From: Planctomycetota bacterium
GTDB lineage: Bacteria > Planctomycetota > PLA2 > JAEUHO01
Assembly (NCBI GenBank): GCA_965222115.1
Contig: CBDCTJ010000007.1
Span: 2,144,001 to 2,208,000, forward strand
Reading direction: 5' to 3'
DNA: 64,000 nucleotides
The notes below the pieces were generated by a model that worked only from the letters and a program-made list of their open reading frames with translations, did no database searches and was not told the DNA's origin. Positions 1 through 12,158 of the stretch are shown here, piece by piece. How positions within the stretch are numbered: the stretch's first letter is position 1; each line of letters starts with the position of its first letter. The position numbers were made by a program, and so were the translations under genes.

Positions 1-1563
<1,563 letters not shown>

Positions 1564-1643
1564 GACTAGAACCTCAGAGCGGGAAACCGCATTTGAGTGA
1601 AGTTCGGACGTCTTCCCTAACGTTCGGGACCATCTCGTTTTTG

Positions 1644-1726
1644 AAAGGGGGGCATAGGCCCCCCTTCGCTTTGAAGTTGGACTCGTCAGCGAAGCTGACT
1701 TCCTCCAACATTCAAAGCTACCCCCC
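1644..1726. repeat. Structured REP-like repeat, copy A (16S-23S spacer)
   Basis: G/C hairpin AAGGGGGGC-atag-GCCCCCCTT, then stem GCTTTGAA...TTCAAAGC and a TACCCCCC tail; same architecture as copies at 6205, 6295 and 7581. Confidence 0.65.
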
Positions 1727-1827
1727 GATTAGGTAGCTGGCGGCTCTTCGCCTCCTCTATCGAGACTCCGTTGAGTCGATTGGGGCCGTCGTTTGGCGGG
1801 ATCCGGGGTCCAAGTGGCTCGGGATAC

Positions 1828-1840
1828 GGTCTTTGACAAT
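1828..1840 (+). promoter_or_regulatory. Spacer boxA-like antitermination site
   Basis: GGTCTTTGACAAT resembles the boxA consensus TGCTCTTTAACAA and lies in the expected place in the ITS. Confidence 0.5.
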
Positions 1841-3284
1841 TGAATGGGGGCTCGAAAGAGCCCAAACAAGCCAGGTTTAGTAACCACAATCGGCTTTTCG
1901 TGGCAGGGATGCTTCGGCGTCTTTGTTTGCGAAGAGCTAGTAGGTTCTTTACGAGTGGTGTGTGCGTGGGCATTTTTGTGTCTACGTAGACGCCAGATTC
2001 GTGATTCTCACGATTGGTTGAGGAACGTGAGTTCCGCAGTCAATTTGCAACAAACACTCGAGCCAAAGACTTAGTAACAATCAACGTTGCTTCATGAGGC
2101 GCAAGTCTCGTGGTGGCAGCGAAGGAAGTTTCTTGGTCAAGCTAATAAGGGTGTGTGGTGGATGCCTTGGCGCTGAGAGGCGATGAAGGACGTGGTCAGC
2201 TGCGATAAGCTTCGGGGAGGTGTAAACAACCTTTGATCCGGAGATCTCCGAATGCGGGAACGCGGTAGGGGTGAATTCCCTACCACTGCATGGTGAATGC
2301 ATAGCCATGTAGAGCCAACGGGGCGAACTGAAACATCTTAGTAACCCCAGGAATAGAAAGAAACATCGATGTCCGTAGTAGCGGCGAGCGAAATGGACAC
2401 AGCCCAAACCGTATGCATGTAAGTCTAGATGCGTTGTGTATGCGGTGTTGCGGGACCCATGTCTTGTAGATCTAGCTGCAGGCAGAAGTTACCAAAGCTA
2501 TGTGTAGCCGAAATACACTGGAAAGAATGCCGTAGAGGGTGATAGCCCCGTAGGCGAAACGCATAGCTCTTCTGATTGGGCACCCAAGTAGGGTCGGACA
2601 CGTGAAACCCGGCCTGAATCCGGGGGGACCACCCCCCAAGGCTAAATACTCCTCAGCGACCGATAGCGAACCAGTAGCGCGAGCGAAAATGGTGAAAAGA
2701 ACCCCTGTTAGGGGAGTGAAACAGTACCTGAAACCACATACCTACATTCTGTGGGAGCCCTATACATCTTCGGATGGATGGGTGACCGCGTACCTTTTGC
2801 ATAATGGGCCCGCGAGTTAATCTGTTCGGCAAGGTTAAGAGCTTCAGGCTCGGAGCCGTAGCGAAAGCGAGTACTAATAGTGCGTCCAAGTCGTGCGGAT
2901 TAGACCCGAAGATAAGTGATCTATCCATGGGCAGGATGAAGCGTCTGTAACAGGACGTGGAGGTCCGAACGGGTAAACGGTGAAAAGTTTTCCGATGACT
3001 TGTGGATAGGAGTAAAAGGCTTGCCAAACTTATCGATATCTGGTTCTCGCCGAAATGCCTTTAGGGGCAGCGTCGTGTTATAGCTACCGGGGGTAGAGAT
3101 ACTGATCGGGATAGGGGGGAGCAATCCTACCCTACCTAGCCAAACTCCGAATACCGGTGGCCTCTATCACGGCAGTGAGTCGTTGGGCGATAAGGTCCTC
3201 CGACGAGAGGGGAACAGCCCAGACCGTCAGCTAAGGTCCCCAATACATACTGAGTGCGAAAGGAAGTGGAAGTGCTAAGACAGC

Positions 3285-3338
<54 letters not shown>

Positions 3339-4176
3339 GTCGAGCATTTCTGCGCCGATAATAAACGGGACTAAGTATGTAACCGAAGCTACGGCTTTAT
3401 AACATCTGCGGATGCTATAAGGGGTAGGCGAGCGTAGGACGTTAGGTTGAAGCCGGACTGTGAAGACCGGTGGACGATGTTCTAGTGCGTATGCGGGCAC
3501 GAGTAACGAGAAATGCAGTGAGAATCTGCATCGCCGAAAACCCAAGGTTTCCTGGGCAAGGTAAATCCACCCAGGGTTAGTCGGACCCTAAGGCGAGGCC
3601 GAAAGGCGTAGTCGATGGATAACAGGTCAACATTCCTGTACCGGCTGGTATCCCGCAAGGGGTTGAGGAGGGGTGAAGAAGGCTAGGCACGCCAGCGTGT
3701 AGTAGTGCTGGTCCAAGGCAGTAGGGTTGAGCGTAGGCAAATCCGCGCTCTGCATACCTGAGAGCTGATGGGGAGACCGATTTTGAGTCGAAGGTGTTGA
3801 CGCCATGCTTCCGAGAAAAGCTTCGCAACATTGAGCCAGCCGTCCGTACCTCAAACCGACACAGGTGGGTGAGATGAGAATTCTAAGGCGCTCGAGAGAA
3901 CCATCGCTAAGGAACTCGGCAAAATAGCTCCGTAACTTCGGGAGAAGGAGTGCCCTCAGGGGTGATGAACTTCGCGTTCTGAGCTCAGGGGGGTCGCAGT
4001 GAAAGGTGGGCTGCAACTGTTTATCAAAAACACAGGTCTGTGCCAAGACGTAAGTCGATGTATACAGACTGACACTTGCTCAGTGACGGAAGGTTAAAGC
4101 AAGGGGTTAGCCCTCGGGCGAAGCTCCGAACCCAAGCCCCGTTAAACAGCGGCCGTAACTATGACGGTCCTAAGGT

Positions 4177-4928
4177 TAAGCGTTGCCCTTCGCCGGCTGC
4201 TTGTTTCAAGCATTTTGATTCAGGCGGTCGAGTGGCAGGCGGCGACCGTGGTGCCCGTTCGATCGGGAAGGAAGCCACGCAGCCTTAGTAAAATCGAACC
4301 ATATGCGGGAAACTCCTCCACAGCCGTCCGGTACTCGTGTTTTTCGTCAACGAAAGACGCAGTAACAATCCGGCGGACACGTTCATGAGTCCAGTACTTG
4401 TGGACAATGGGGACAATCCGCAGGGAAGGCCCTTTTGCAAGGGAACCCTCAGAGACTTTACGTTCGAGATCAGCCGATGAACCTTGACGCACAATGGATC
4501 GTAGGCTTCGTGGATGGCGAAGGCTGCTTTCATGTTGGGATTGCCAAGCACCCCGACATGACGGTGGGCCATCAGGTATTGCCTGAATTCGTCGTCGTGC
4601 AACACGAGCGCGATGTGCAGTTATTGCACGCATTCAAAGCATATTTCGGGTGCGGCGTGGTTCGTTCGAATCACGACGACCGAATGTGTTACCGCGTGCG
4701 AAAGCGCGAGCATCTGCTCACACACATCGTTCCGTTCTTCGTCAAGCACCCGCTCAAATCAAAGAAGCGCGTGGACTTTCAAAAGTTCCGCCGCGTCTTG
4801 CTCAAGATGGAAGCGGGCGATCATTTGACTGTCGATGGGCTGGAGGACATCCGGCGCATTGCACACCAGATGAATCGAGGTCGATCAAGATAAAGTCCGG
4901 CTTCGTTGGAAACAGCGGAGATGAACCG
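4177..4928 (+). mobile_element. Group I intron in 23S rRNA at E. coli position 1931
   Basis: Conserved CCTAAGGT^AGCGAAATTCC is split by 752 nt; exon ends in U and intron ends in G; core elements P (TATGCGGGAAAAC), Q (AATCCGCAGGGAAG), R (TCAGAGACTTTA), S (AAGATAAAGTCC). Confidence 0.95.
4477..4893 (+). CDS. Single-motif LAGLIDADG homing endonuclease (138 aa), intron-encoded
   Basis: MNLDAQWIVGFVDGEGCF motif; later FGCGVV and HIVPFFVKHPLKSKK typical of the family; located between R and S (P8 loop). Confidence 0.93.
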   Translation: MNLDAQWIVGFVDGEGCFHVGIAKHPDMTVGHQVLPEFVVVQHERDVQLLHAFKAYFGCGVVRSNHDDRMCYRVRKREHLLTHIVPFFVKHPLKSKKRVDFQKFRRVLLKMEAGDHLTVDGLEDIRRIAHQMNRGRSR

Positions 4929-4963
<35 letters not shown>

Positions 4964-5486
4964 TGAATAGTGTAATGACGGCCCAACTGTCTCAGCGATG
5001 GACTCGGTGAAACTGTAGTTGTGGTGAAAATACCATGGCCCCGCGGCTAGACGGAAAGACCCCGTGAACCTTTACTGTAGGCTAATATTGGCGTTAGGCA
5101 TCTCATGTGTAGCATAGCTGGGAGTCGTTATAACCAAGGGTCGCTAGATCCGAGGGAGACATCAGTGAAATACCAGCCTTGTGGTGTTTGACTTCTAACC
5201 TCATGCCGTGAATCCGGGTGAGGAACAGTGTTAGTTGGGCAGTTTGGCTGGGGAGGTCTCCTCCTAAAAGGTAACGGAGGAGCGCAAAGGTACCCTCAGT
5301 ACGGTTGGCAATCGTGCGTAGAGCGTAAAGGTATAAGGGTGCTTGACTGCGAGACCGATGGGTCGAGCAGAAACGAAAGTTGGCCTTAGTGATCCGGCGC
5401 TTCCGAGTGGAAGGGGCGTCGCTAATCAGACAAAAGGTACTCCGGGGATAACAGGCTGATCCCGCCTAAGAGTCCATATCGACGGC

Positions 5487-5532
<46 letters not shown>

Positions 5533-5533
5533 G

Positions 5534-5585
<52 letters not shown>

Positions 5586-6204
5586 CAGACCGACGTGAGT
5601 CAGGTCGGTCCCTATCTGCCGTGGGTGTAGGAAAATTGAGGAGATATGACTTTAGTACGAGAGGATTTAGTTGTACGAACCTCTGGTGTGCCGGTTATCG
5701 CGCTAGCGGTAGCGCCGGGTAGCTATGTTCGGAACGGATAAACGCTGAAAGCATCTAAGCGTGAAGCCTTCTCCAAAACGAGTTTTCCCTATCAGACCCC
5801 TTGAAGACCACGAGGTGATAGGCCAGGCGTGTAAGCACAGCAATGTGTTCAGCGGACTGGTACTAATCGGTCGATCGGCTTGACCATTTTCCCTTCTGTG
5901 GCATGTGGATGCATGGCGCGTCTTGTTCGGTGGTTTCCAGCGAATGAGCAATGCAGCCATCCCTCTTCGGAGGACGAACCTCTTCGGAAGACAATCCTCT
6001 TCGGAAGACCAAGCATGCACTGGAAGAGAAAACAAAGTCGGATAATTTGACGCGCCCATATGCAGCGCATGGGTTATCCGGTCTTTGCTCGAGCATGTCG
6101 TTTCGCGTGAGAGCGCGAGCGACGCGATGCAAATCGTGAGAAAATCATCTGGCGGAGTTGAAGCTCGGCACTGCGTGCCCTTGCCCCCATTCTTCCTTTT
6201 TATC

Positions 6205-6284
6205 AAAGGGGTGATCCCCCTTTCGCTCTTGACTTGAATTCGCTCGGCGAGGCCTCGCGTTCCAAGATCAAGAGCTAACCCCCC
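6205..6284. repeat. Structured REP-like repeat, copy B
   Basis: AAAGGGG-tgat-CCCCCTTT hairpin + GCTCTTGA-CTTGAA...TCCAAG-A-TCAAGAGC-TAACCCC. Confidence 0.8.
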
Positions 6285-6294
6285 GTTTTTAACT

Positions 6295-6371
6295 AGGGGC
6301 ATAGCCCCTTTCGCATCGGACTTGAATTTCGCTCAGCGTTGCTTCGCGTTCCAAGATCCGCTGCTAACCCC
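6295..6371. repeat. Structured REP-like repeat, copy C
   Basis: AGGGGC-ata-GCCCCT hairpin + GCATCGGA-CTTGAA...TCCAAG-A-TCCGCTGC-TAACCCC. Confidence 0.8.
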
Positions 6372-6382
6372 AAGTTAGTTTT

Positions 6383-6493
6383 TCCCGGTGCCCATACCTG
6401 AAGGGCCACACCCGATCCCATTCCGAACTCGACCGTTAAGCCTTCAGGGCCGATGATACTGCCGCAAGGTGGAAAAGTAGGTTAGTGCCGGGG
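6383..6493 (+). rRNA. rrf: 5S rRNA (short, ~110 nt)
   Basis: CACCCGATCCCATTCCGAACTCG, GCCGATGATACT, GGAAAAGTAGG; ends CCCGGTG / TGCCGGG pair. Confidence 0.96.
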
Positions 6494-6503
6494 TTTATTT
6501 GCG

Positions 6504-6552
6504 ATAGCCCAGTAGCCGTAGTGCTGCTGGGCTATTCTTTTTTTCTTTTTTT
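6504..6552 (+). terminator. Intrinsic terminator of the rRNA operon
   Basis: ATAGCCCAGTAGC-loop-GCTGCTGGGCTAT stem followed by a long T tract directly after the 5S. Confidence 0.85.
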
Positions 6553-6695
6553 GAAAGGGCGAAGCCCAATTTGCAGCGTTGCGGCCGGCACGTGCTTGCG
6601 GGGTAGGCTGCCCCGTCCATCTCTGGAGGATTGGATCTGTAGCTAGAAAGGGAAATTCGATGTCTTTGTGTGAATCTATGTGTAGAATCTCACAC

Positions 6696-6911
6696 ATGGC
6701 AACCAATCTCTCAATCGATCCGAATTTGATCAACGAGGCTCTCGCTGTCAGTGGTCAGAAAACAAAAAAGGCTGCCGTCACCCTGGCCCTCAAGGAATTC
6801 ATTGCACGAAGAAGGCAAGCGAGGCTCGTGGAGTTGTTTGGGGCTCTGAAGTGGGACGATTCGTACAACTACAAGCGCGATCGCTCGCGCGGTAATTCCG
6901 AAGAGAGTTAG
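6696..6911 (+). CDS. vapB: VapB-type antitoxin (type II TA)
   Basis: MATNLSIDPNLINEALAVSGQKTKKAAVTLALKEFIARR is a typical VapB N-terminus; imperfect inverted repeat GTGTGA...TCACAC over the promoter; directly upstream of a PIN gene. Confidence 0.88.
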   Translation: MATNLSIDPNLINEALAVSGQKTKKAAVTLALKEFIARRRQARLVELFGALKWDDSYNYKRDRSRGNSEES

Positions 6912-6913
6912 TT

Positions 6914-7318
6914 TTGGGGTACTTCGTCGATACCAGTGTTTGGTCACTGGCCTTTCGGCGCGACGTCATCGAGTCGTCCCCGCATGTCAAGCTGCTTTTG
7001 CAGCTACTCTCGGAGAGAGGCGTCGTCTTTTACACAGGACTTGTACTGCAGGAGTTGCTGCAGGGATTCGGTGGGCCACGCGCGTTCGACGAATTGCTTG
7101 AACGGTTCTCCGTGTTGCCGTGTCTCGAGCCGTCCCGTCAGGACTATGTGGGTGCAGCGAAGCTCCGCAACGTATGCCGCCGAAACGGCGTTCAAGTGGG
7201 AACGATCGATGCTCTGCTCGCTCAGCTGTGTCTTCGGCACGATCTCGAGATGCTCTCGACCGATGCAGACTTCTCAAACATGACCCCGCACTGCGGGATT
7301 CGGGTATGGGCACCCTGA
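6914..7318 (+). CDS. vapC: VapC PIN-domain ribonuclease toxin
   Basis: VDTSVW, LQELLQG, TIDALLAQLC, STDADF acidic PIN motifs; TTG start 2 nt after the vapB stop. Confidence 0.92.
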   Translation: MGYFVDTSVWSLAFRRDVIESSPHVKLLLQLLSERGVVFYTGLVLQELLQGFGGPRAFDELLERFSVLPCLEPSRQDYVGAAKLRNVCRRNGVQVGTIDALLAQLCLRHDLEMLSTDADFSNMTPHCGIRVWAP

Positions 7319-7496
7319 GTTTGACGCGATTCTCGGTGTGACACCCGTGGTAGTTCACGTCTTTGCGGCGCGATCCCAGTTTCGCGGTTTTCCGGGCCGA
7401 TGTTCGAACTTGGATCAGGCGTACCCCTTGCCAATCCCACCACCGGCGCTAGACTCCCGCTGCCGCGGATGACGATCTAGGTCATCGGCCATTCGT

Positions 7497-7573
7497 GGGC
7501 GTATAGCTCAGTCGGCTAGAGCGCCGCCCTGATAAGGCGGAGGTCCCTGGTTCAAGTCCAGGTACGCCCACCA
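7497..7573 (+). tRNA. tRNA-Ile(GAT), encoded CCA
   Basis: Acceptor GGGCGTA/TACGCCC, anticodon arm CCGCC-CT-GAT-AA-GGCGG, T loop TTCAAGT, ACCA end. Confidence 0.97.
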
Positions 7574-7580
7574 GTCCTTT

Positions 7581-7691
7581 AAGGGGGTCAGGGACCCCGC
7601 GCAGCGCGGAGCGCTGCTTGCCAACAGCACGGGCTTTCGACTTGAATTCGCGAAGCACAGCTTCGCGTTCCAAGATCGAAAGCTAAGCCCC
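7581..7691. repeat. Structured REP-like repeat, copy D
   Basis: GGGGTC-agg-GACCCC hairpin, short insert, then GCTTTCGA-CTTGAA-TTCGCG...CGCGT-TCCAAG-A-TCGAAAGC-TAAGCCCC. Confidence 0.78.
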
Positions 7692-8343
7692 ACTTAGAAC
7701 TTGGGGGGTCGGTGACCCCGCGTAGTGCGACGCCTGTTTCCATTACAGCAGCAGAGTCAAGCATGGCGTCGCCTCGCCTTCCATGATCTGACGCTGTTCC
7801 CCTCGACGTCGATACTTCTCTTCCCCGTCGATTGAATGGGCGAGAGCTCAATGAGCTGCCGACAGCGACATTCATCACGTGCGCTCTCTGCGGTCCTGCA
7901 CCTCTGCGCGCGGCTGATTGAGGCGCGTCCGAATGAAACGCGCAGGCGAATCCGGTCGGGCGGATGAACGGCTTGGGCAATGCAAGAACCCGGCGTGACG
8001 ATTCGAGGCGACGGCCCCCGTATTGAAGCGCACGTCATTGCTCGCCGCAGCGATGGTCACGCTCGGTGTCTACAACGCGATCATCTTGATGGCGGAGAAC
8101 GTGCTGTAGCGGTTTCCCCATGCGTACAAATCCATCGAAGTCTGAGTTGAGACCCGAGGCGCCGCATAGCTAGTGCCCAGCAAGACCCATGCAAAAAAGA
8201 CCGCAACATCGCCCATGTTTTGGATTTCGGGGACGGCGGCCCAACTGGCAGCATCCAATGGTCGATAGGGGGCGTTGGTGCCCATAGTTTGCTGTGGGGC
8301 CGACTTGAATCGTACGGCCCTTACGCGCAAGGAACGTTGCTGC

Positions 8344-9816
8344 ATGTCTACACCGTTTAAGATCGGACTCGCGTGTCTGTTCGCGCTTGCGCTTGCTGCA
8401 AGTGTGACCTATTTCCTGCTCGACGAAGATGACGAATCGATGCGCCATACGGATGGTGTTACGGACGTGTCGAGCGACGGTACGCCACGTCGTGGAAATG
8501 AGTACCTCACGGGTACATCGGATCGCCGTGAAGGGGAGTCGTCGGATAGATCGCCCGTGCTTTCGGCGGGCGGACTTCGCCCAGGGGGACGAGAAGCAAC
8601 GGGTCCCAATCTCGGGTCGCCCGAAGAGCGCGCGCGGCACCTACGGGAACTGCTCAACGCCGCAGAGATTCGTTGGGAGGACGTGGCGCGATTGCTCTCC
8701 GTGATGGATGAGCCACTCTCGGCCGAGGCACGCGGCATCTTGCTCAATCGTCTCCAGACCGGACCCCAGTTCAACCGTGTACTCAAGGCGTTTGCGATGG
8801 TGCGCGATCCCGAAGTGGTAAAGGGCGTCATCTCCCTCTATGAAGACACTGGATCATCTTCCCGTGCGAAAAAGGCTGCCCTACAGGCGCTTTGGCAAAT
8901 GCCCGTTGAAGACCCCAACGAGATTTCGCGCTACCTCGAGTCACAGCTGAGTGGTGAACTTGGCCGCGACGGAAAGGTGCTCAATGCGCTCGCGCGACGT
9001 GGCGGGAAAGAAAGCGTGCGCGCCATGATCGCATACGTGCAGTCCCTCAAAAATCCTCAATCCATGCCGCCCTATCTCCTGCGCGCGATTCCCCCTAGCG
9101 AGGATGAAGAGGTTCGAGCAATCATTCGCGATGGGCTCACCAGCAGTCAAACCTCGCCTGGCGCGCTTCGCGGCCTCCTGCGCATGGTTGCCGATCCTGC
9201 GATGCACGGATTTGGCGACACGCTCGTTTCGCTCGATCGACCCGATCAATCCATGGAAGTGCGGCGCCAACTCTACGCCACGATGAGCGACTCGGGCGAT
9301 AGCGCGGCCATTGCCCACCTCGCCAAGCGTGCTGAGGAATCCGGTCACATGGGCACCATGGCGCTTGAAGCGTTGGGACGCGTCAAAGTGGCCAATCCCG
9401 AAGGTCGCAAATCGCTCATGAATCTCCTGGAACGCTCCCCGCTCCATGCCAATCCCAACAAGGCCAAGGAACACCTGTTACTCGCGTTGGGTTCGCTAGG
9501 ACACCGGCCGGCCATGCCTGCCATGGTCAGTTCGCTTGAAGATTCGGAGCCGCGTGTTCAGATCGCTGCCATTCGCGGCCTCGGGCGGATGGGTTCCGCC
9601 GCTAGGGAGCACCTCCCAACGCTTGCGCGCGTTTTCAAGGAGGGCAACGGGGCCATGCAGCAGCGCGTCGCTGTTGCCGTCGGTCGCATTGGCGGCCCCA
9701 AGGCCCTTGAATTGATGAAGAGCATGGAATCCACCGATGGCATCGAAGAAAGCGTTCGACGCACACTCAAAGTGGCCATTCGCTCGCTCTCTAGCCGTAT
9801 TGCGCAGCGTCGCTAG
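8344..9816 (+). CDS. Membrane-anchored HEAT-repeat protein
   Basis: N-terminal TM segment (KIGLACLFALALAASVTYFL); HEAT repeats such as VQIAAIRGLGRMG and RVAVAVGRIGG. Confidence 0.8.
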   Translation: MSTPFKIGLACLFALALAASVTYFLLDEDDESMRHTDGVTDVSSDGTPRRGNEYLTGTSDRREGESSDRSPVLSAGGLRPGGREATGPNLGSPEERARHLRELLNAAEIRWEDVARLLSVMDEPLSAEARGILLNRLQTGPQFNRVLKAFAMVRDPEVVKGVISLYEDTGSSSRAKKAALQALWQMPVEDPNEISRYLESQLSGELGRDGKVLNALARRGGKESVRAMIAYVQSLKNPQSMPPYLLRAIPPSEDEEVRAIIRDGLTSSQTSPGALRGLLRMVADPAMHGFGDTLVSLDRPDQSMEVRRQLYATMSDSGDSAAIAHLAKRAEESGHMGTMALEALGRVKVANPEGRKSLMNLLERSPLHANPNKAKEHLLLALGSLGHRPAMPAMVSSLEDSEPRVQIAAIRGLGRMGSAAREHLPTLARVFKEGNGAMQQRVAVAVGRIGGPKALELMKSMESTDGIEESVRRTLKVAIRSLSSRIAQRR

Positions 9817-11113
9817 CCCCTTCGACCGCGTCCCAGGGGCGCTTGCATGCGTCGTACTCGTGCTCGCATTCATCCTTGGGTATCCGCATGTAGATTCCCA
9901 AGCTCGGGCGAGTGAACCCGGTCGCGCATCATTGCGTGCATTGAAAAAGGCGCTTTCCGGCGAAGACAGTACCCAGCGCCGCGCGGCCCTCCTCGACATT
10001 GGCCGCTCGGCTCCCCATTTATCCAAAGAGCAATCGCGCAGCGCGACGCTCTTGTTGCGTCGTGAGCTCGATGAAGGGACCGATACCGAGTCTCGCCGAC
10101 TTGCTGTGCGCGCACTGGCTCGCCTCCACAATCCTGCCGCGTGGATACCGATTGCGTTGACTGCACTAGACGATCGGGAAGAGGCGATTCACGCGGCTGC
10201 GCGCCTTGAAGTGTTTTCGGGAGGACGTGATGTTCTCGACGCAATCGTGAAACTCTTGCGCGAAGAGAAAGACCCCGCGTTTCGCGCACGCGTGTTGTTG
10301 CTGCTCGGCGATCGTCGCCGCAGCGATGCGCTGCCCATATTGTTGGATGGCCTGTCCGACACGTCGCCACTCGTTGTGTCCGCGGCCGCCGAGTCTCTCG
10401 AAGCCATCACCGGCCAGGCACTTGGTTACGACGCAAAGAAGTGGAATCGCTGGGCCCGTGAAAAGGCAAGTGCACCTGTCAAGTTCGAAGGACCCTCGGT
10501 GGCACCCAAGTCGGTGGAAGCGAAAGAACCAACCCCACACGTCAGTCGTTCGTTGGTACCCGACTACCTCGGACTCCCGCTGCGTGCCAAAGACATCGTG
10601 TTTTTGGTCGACGTCAGTCCTTCCGTCGGCAGCGGTGGCATGAAGCGCGCGCGCGCCGCGCTTCTACGCGCCGTAGACCTGCTGCCAAGTGACGTCCACG
10701 TGTCCGCGTTATTCTTTTCCGATGAAGTCAAATTGTGGAAGCCCACGATGGTGCGCGCTACGCCCACCAACAAAGCTGCGCTCGCGATGTTTCTCCGCGG
10801 CATCAAGCCCGGCAAGCGAACCGACGTCCTGAGCCCACTCCATGCCGGCATTCAAATACTCAAGAAGCGGGTCGAGGCCAAGAAGGTCGCCAAGGAACCA
10901 TTCCGTTATCCCGTCACGCTCGTCATGGTCAGTGATGGCCGCAACAACATGGATAAGACGCCGTTCTCTGTCATTCAAGACAAACTCGACCGCCTCGACA
11001 TGACGCGCACACAGATTCACTCGCTTGTTGTGGGAGCTTCGGACAGCAAACTCATGTTCGATTTGGCGCGTGTCGGCGGAGGCCGCTACATCCGCGTCCG
11101 AGGTACGAAGTAA
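9800..11113 (+). CDS. HEAT-repeat + VWA domain protein (start uncertain)
   Basis: HEAT repeats, AESLEAITGQALGYDAKKW, then VWA MIDAS DIVFLVDVSPS ... VSDG. Confidence 0.82.
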   Translation: MRSVASPFDRVPGALACVVLVLAFILGYPHVDSQARASEPGRASLRALKKALSGEDSTQRRAALLDIGRSAPHLSKEQSRSATLLLRRELDEGTDTESRRLAVRALARLHNPAAWIPIALTALDDREEAIHAAARLEVFSGGRDVLDAIVKLLREEKDPAFRARVLLLLGDRRRSDALPILLDGLSDTSPLVVSAAAESLEAITGQALGYDAKKWNRWAREKASAPVKFEGPSVAPKSVEAKEPTPHVSRSLVPDYLGLPLRAKDIVFLVDVSPSVGSGGMKRARAALLRAVDLLPSDVHVSALFFSDEVKLWKPTMVRATPTNKAALAMFLRGIKPGKRTDVLSPLHAGIQILKKRVEAKKVAKEPFRYPVTLVMVSDGRNNMDKTPFSVIQDKLDRLDMTRTQIHSLVVGASDSKLMFDLARVGGGRYIRVRGTK

Positions 11114-11168
11114 CTACACGGCTCTGCGCCTTAGCGTCTCTGCGCGCGGCACTTCTTCTTCTCTGACG

Positions 11169-12101
11169 CTACCGACTACTGTCCAGCGCTGTTCGCAAAG
11201 CTTCGGGCGTTGCGGGATCGTCGATGAGCTTCTTCATTGCCTCGGTGGGCGCGCGACCGGCGTAGGCACGGGCCGCGGCGATGCGTTGCACGAGTGAGCG
11301 GTCGTTTGAGGCGATGACTTCCGCCAACAAGGTGCGCGTGGTGTCGCTCTTGTCGCTGAAAAGAAACGCGATTGCGCCGTCAGTCTGTGCAGGTTCGTCG
11401 AGGGCGAGTTGAGCGTGGGGGACAAAGCGCGTAAGCAGCGATTGTTCACTTTCGGAGGCGCCTTCGCGGAGCCACGTTGCAGCTTCGAGGGCAATCCCCC
11501 GCATCTCGGCGCGCTTGGCAGATTCGAGTGCAGAGCGAAGTGCGCGTTCGCGAACGGCGCGCCGTACCGCTTCGGGGACTTCCCATACGAGGCGGGCCAA
11601 ACGCATCAAACCCTTACGGGTGATCCGAGCATTCCCTCGGCGTGCCTGCGCCATGGCAAGCGCCATTTGAGGGGCAAGTTCATCGGGAACACCCTCGGGA
11701 ATCGAGGCGGTCGCAATGTCATTGGGTGTGAGTTCCACTCGCGCGCTCGATGCGTTCGGCGTGGCCGTCAGCTTGGCTGGCTTTCTAGGCGACGTGCCAG
11801 GCAGATGAAGCTCGCTGGCGGCCGAACCGTCACCCGGAACGACGGGGGCTTGCGTGGCGTCGCCGCGCACGGGATCGCCCTCACGGCGCGTGCCCATTTG
11901 GGAGAACTGATAGATGAGCGCCGCCAACACCGCAGCGCCGAGTACCAACATAGCAATGCCCTTGCCGGGCGGATCGGGCGCACGAGAACGCGACAACGCT
12001 TCGATGCGCTGGGGGAGACTCCCCTCGGACTTCATGTCGCGCATGGCTCGGTGGCGTTTGAGTTCGGACTGGACCGAAGAATCTTGCGGTTGCTTGAACA
12101 T
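11169..12101 (-). CDS. Hypothetical membrane-anchored helical protein
   Basis: GGAG SD before ATG (MFKQPQ); one TM segment; divergent from aroC. The longer ORF-track start overlaps aroC. Confidence 0.7.
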   Translation of the reverse strand: MFKQPQDSSVQSELKRHRAMRDMKSEGSLPQRIEALSRSRAPDPPGKGIAMLVLGAAVLAALIYQFSQMGTRREGDPVRGDATQAPVVPGDGSAASELHLPGTSPRKPAKLTATPNASSARVELTPNDIATASIPEGVPDELAPQMALAMAQARRGNARITRKGLMRLARLVWEVPEAVRRAVRERALRSALESAKRAEMRGIALEAATWLREGASESEQSLLTRFVPHAQLALDEPAQTDGAIAFLFSDKSDTTRTLLAEVIASNDRSLVQRIAAARAYAGRAPTEAMKKLIDDPATPEALRTALDSSR

Positions 12102-12158
12102 GGCGATGCTCCAGTGTCTGTCGGGTCGGAGCGCCGGGCCGATCATACACTGCCGCCC

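Noticed and set aside
7875-8345. Two same-frame minus-strand ORFs separated by TAG (possible read-through)
   Set aside because: No recognisable motif or coding bias; same-frame adjacency has about a 1-in-3 chance; overlaps the upstream region of the 8344 gene.
11409-12158. 250-aa N-terminal extension on aroC in the ORF track
   Set aside because: It is the antisense frame of the 11169-12101 gene; homology starts at MELLLETAGESHG (12159).
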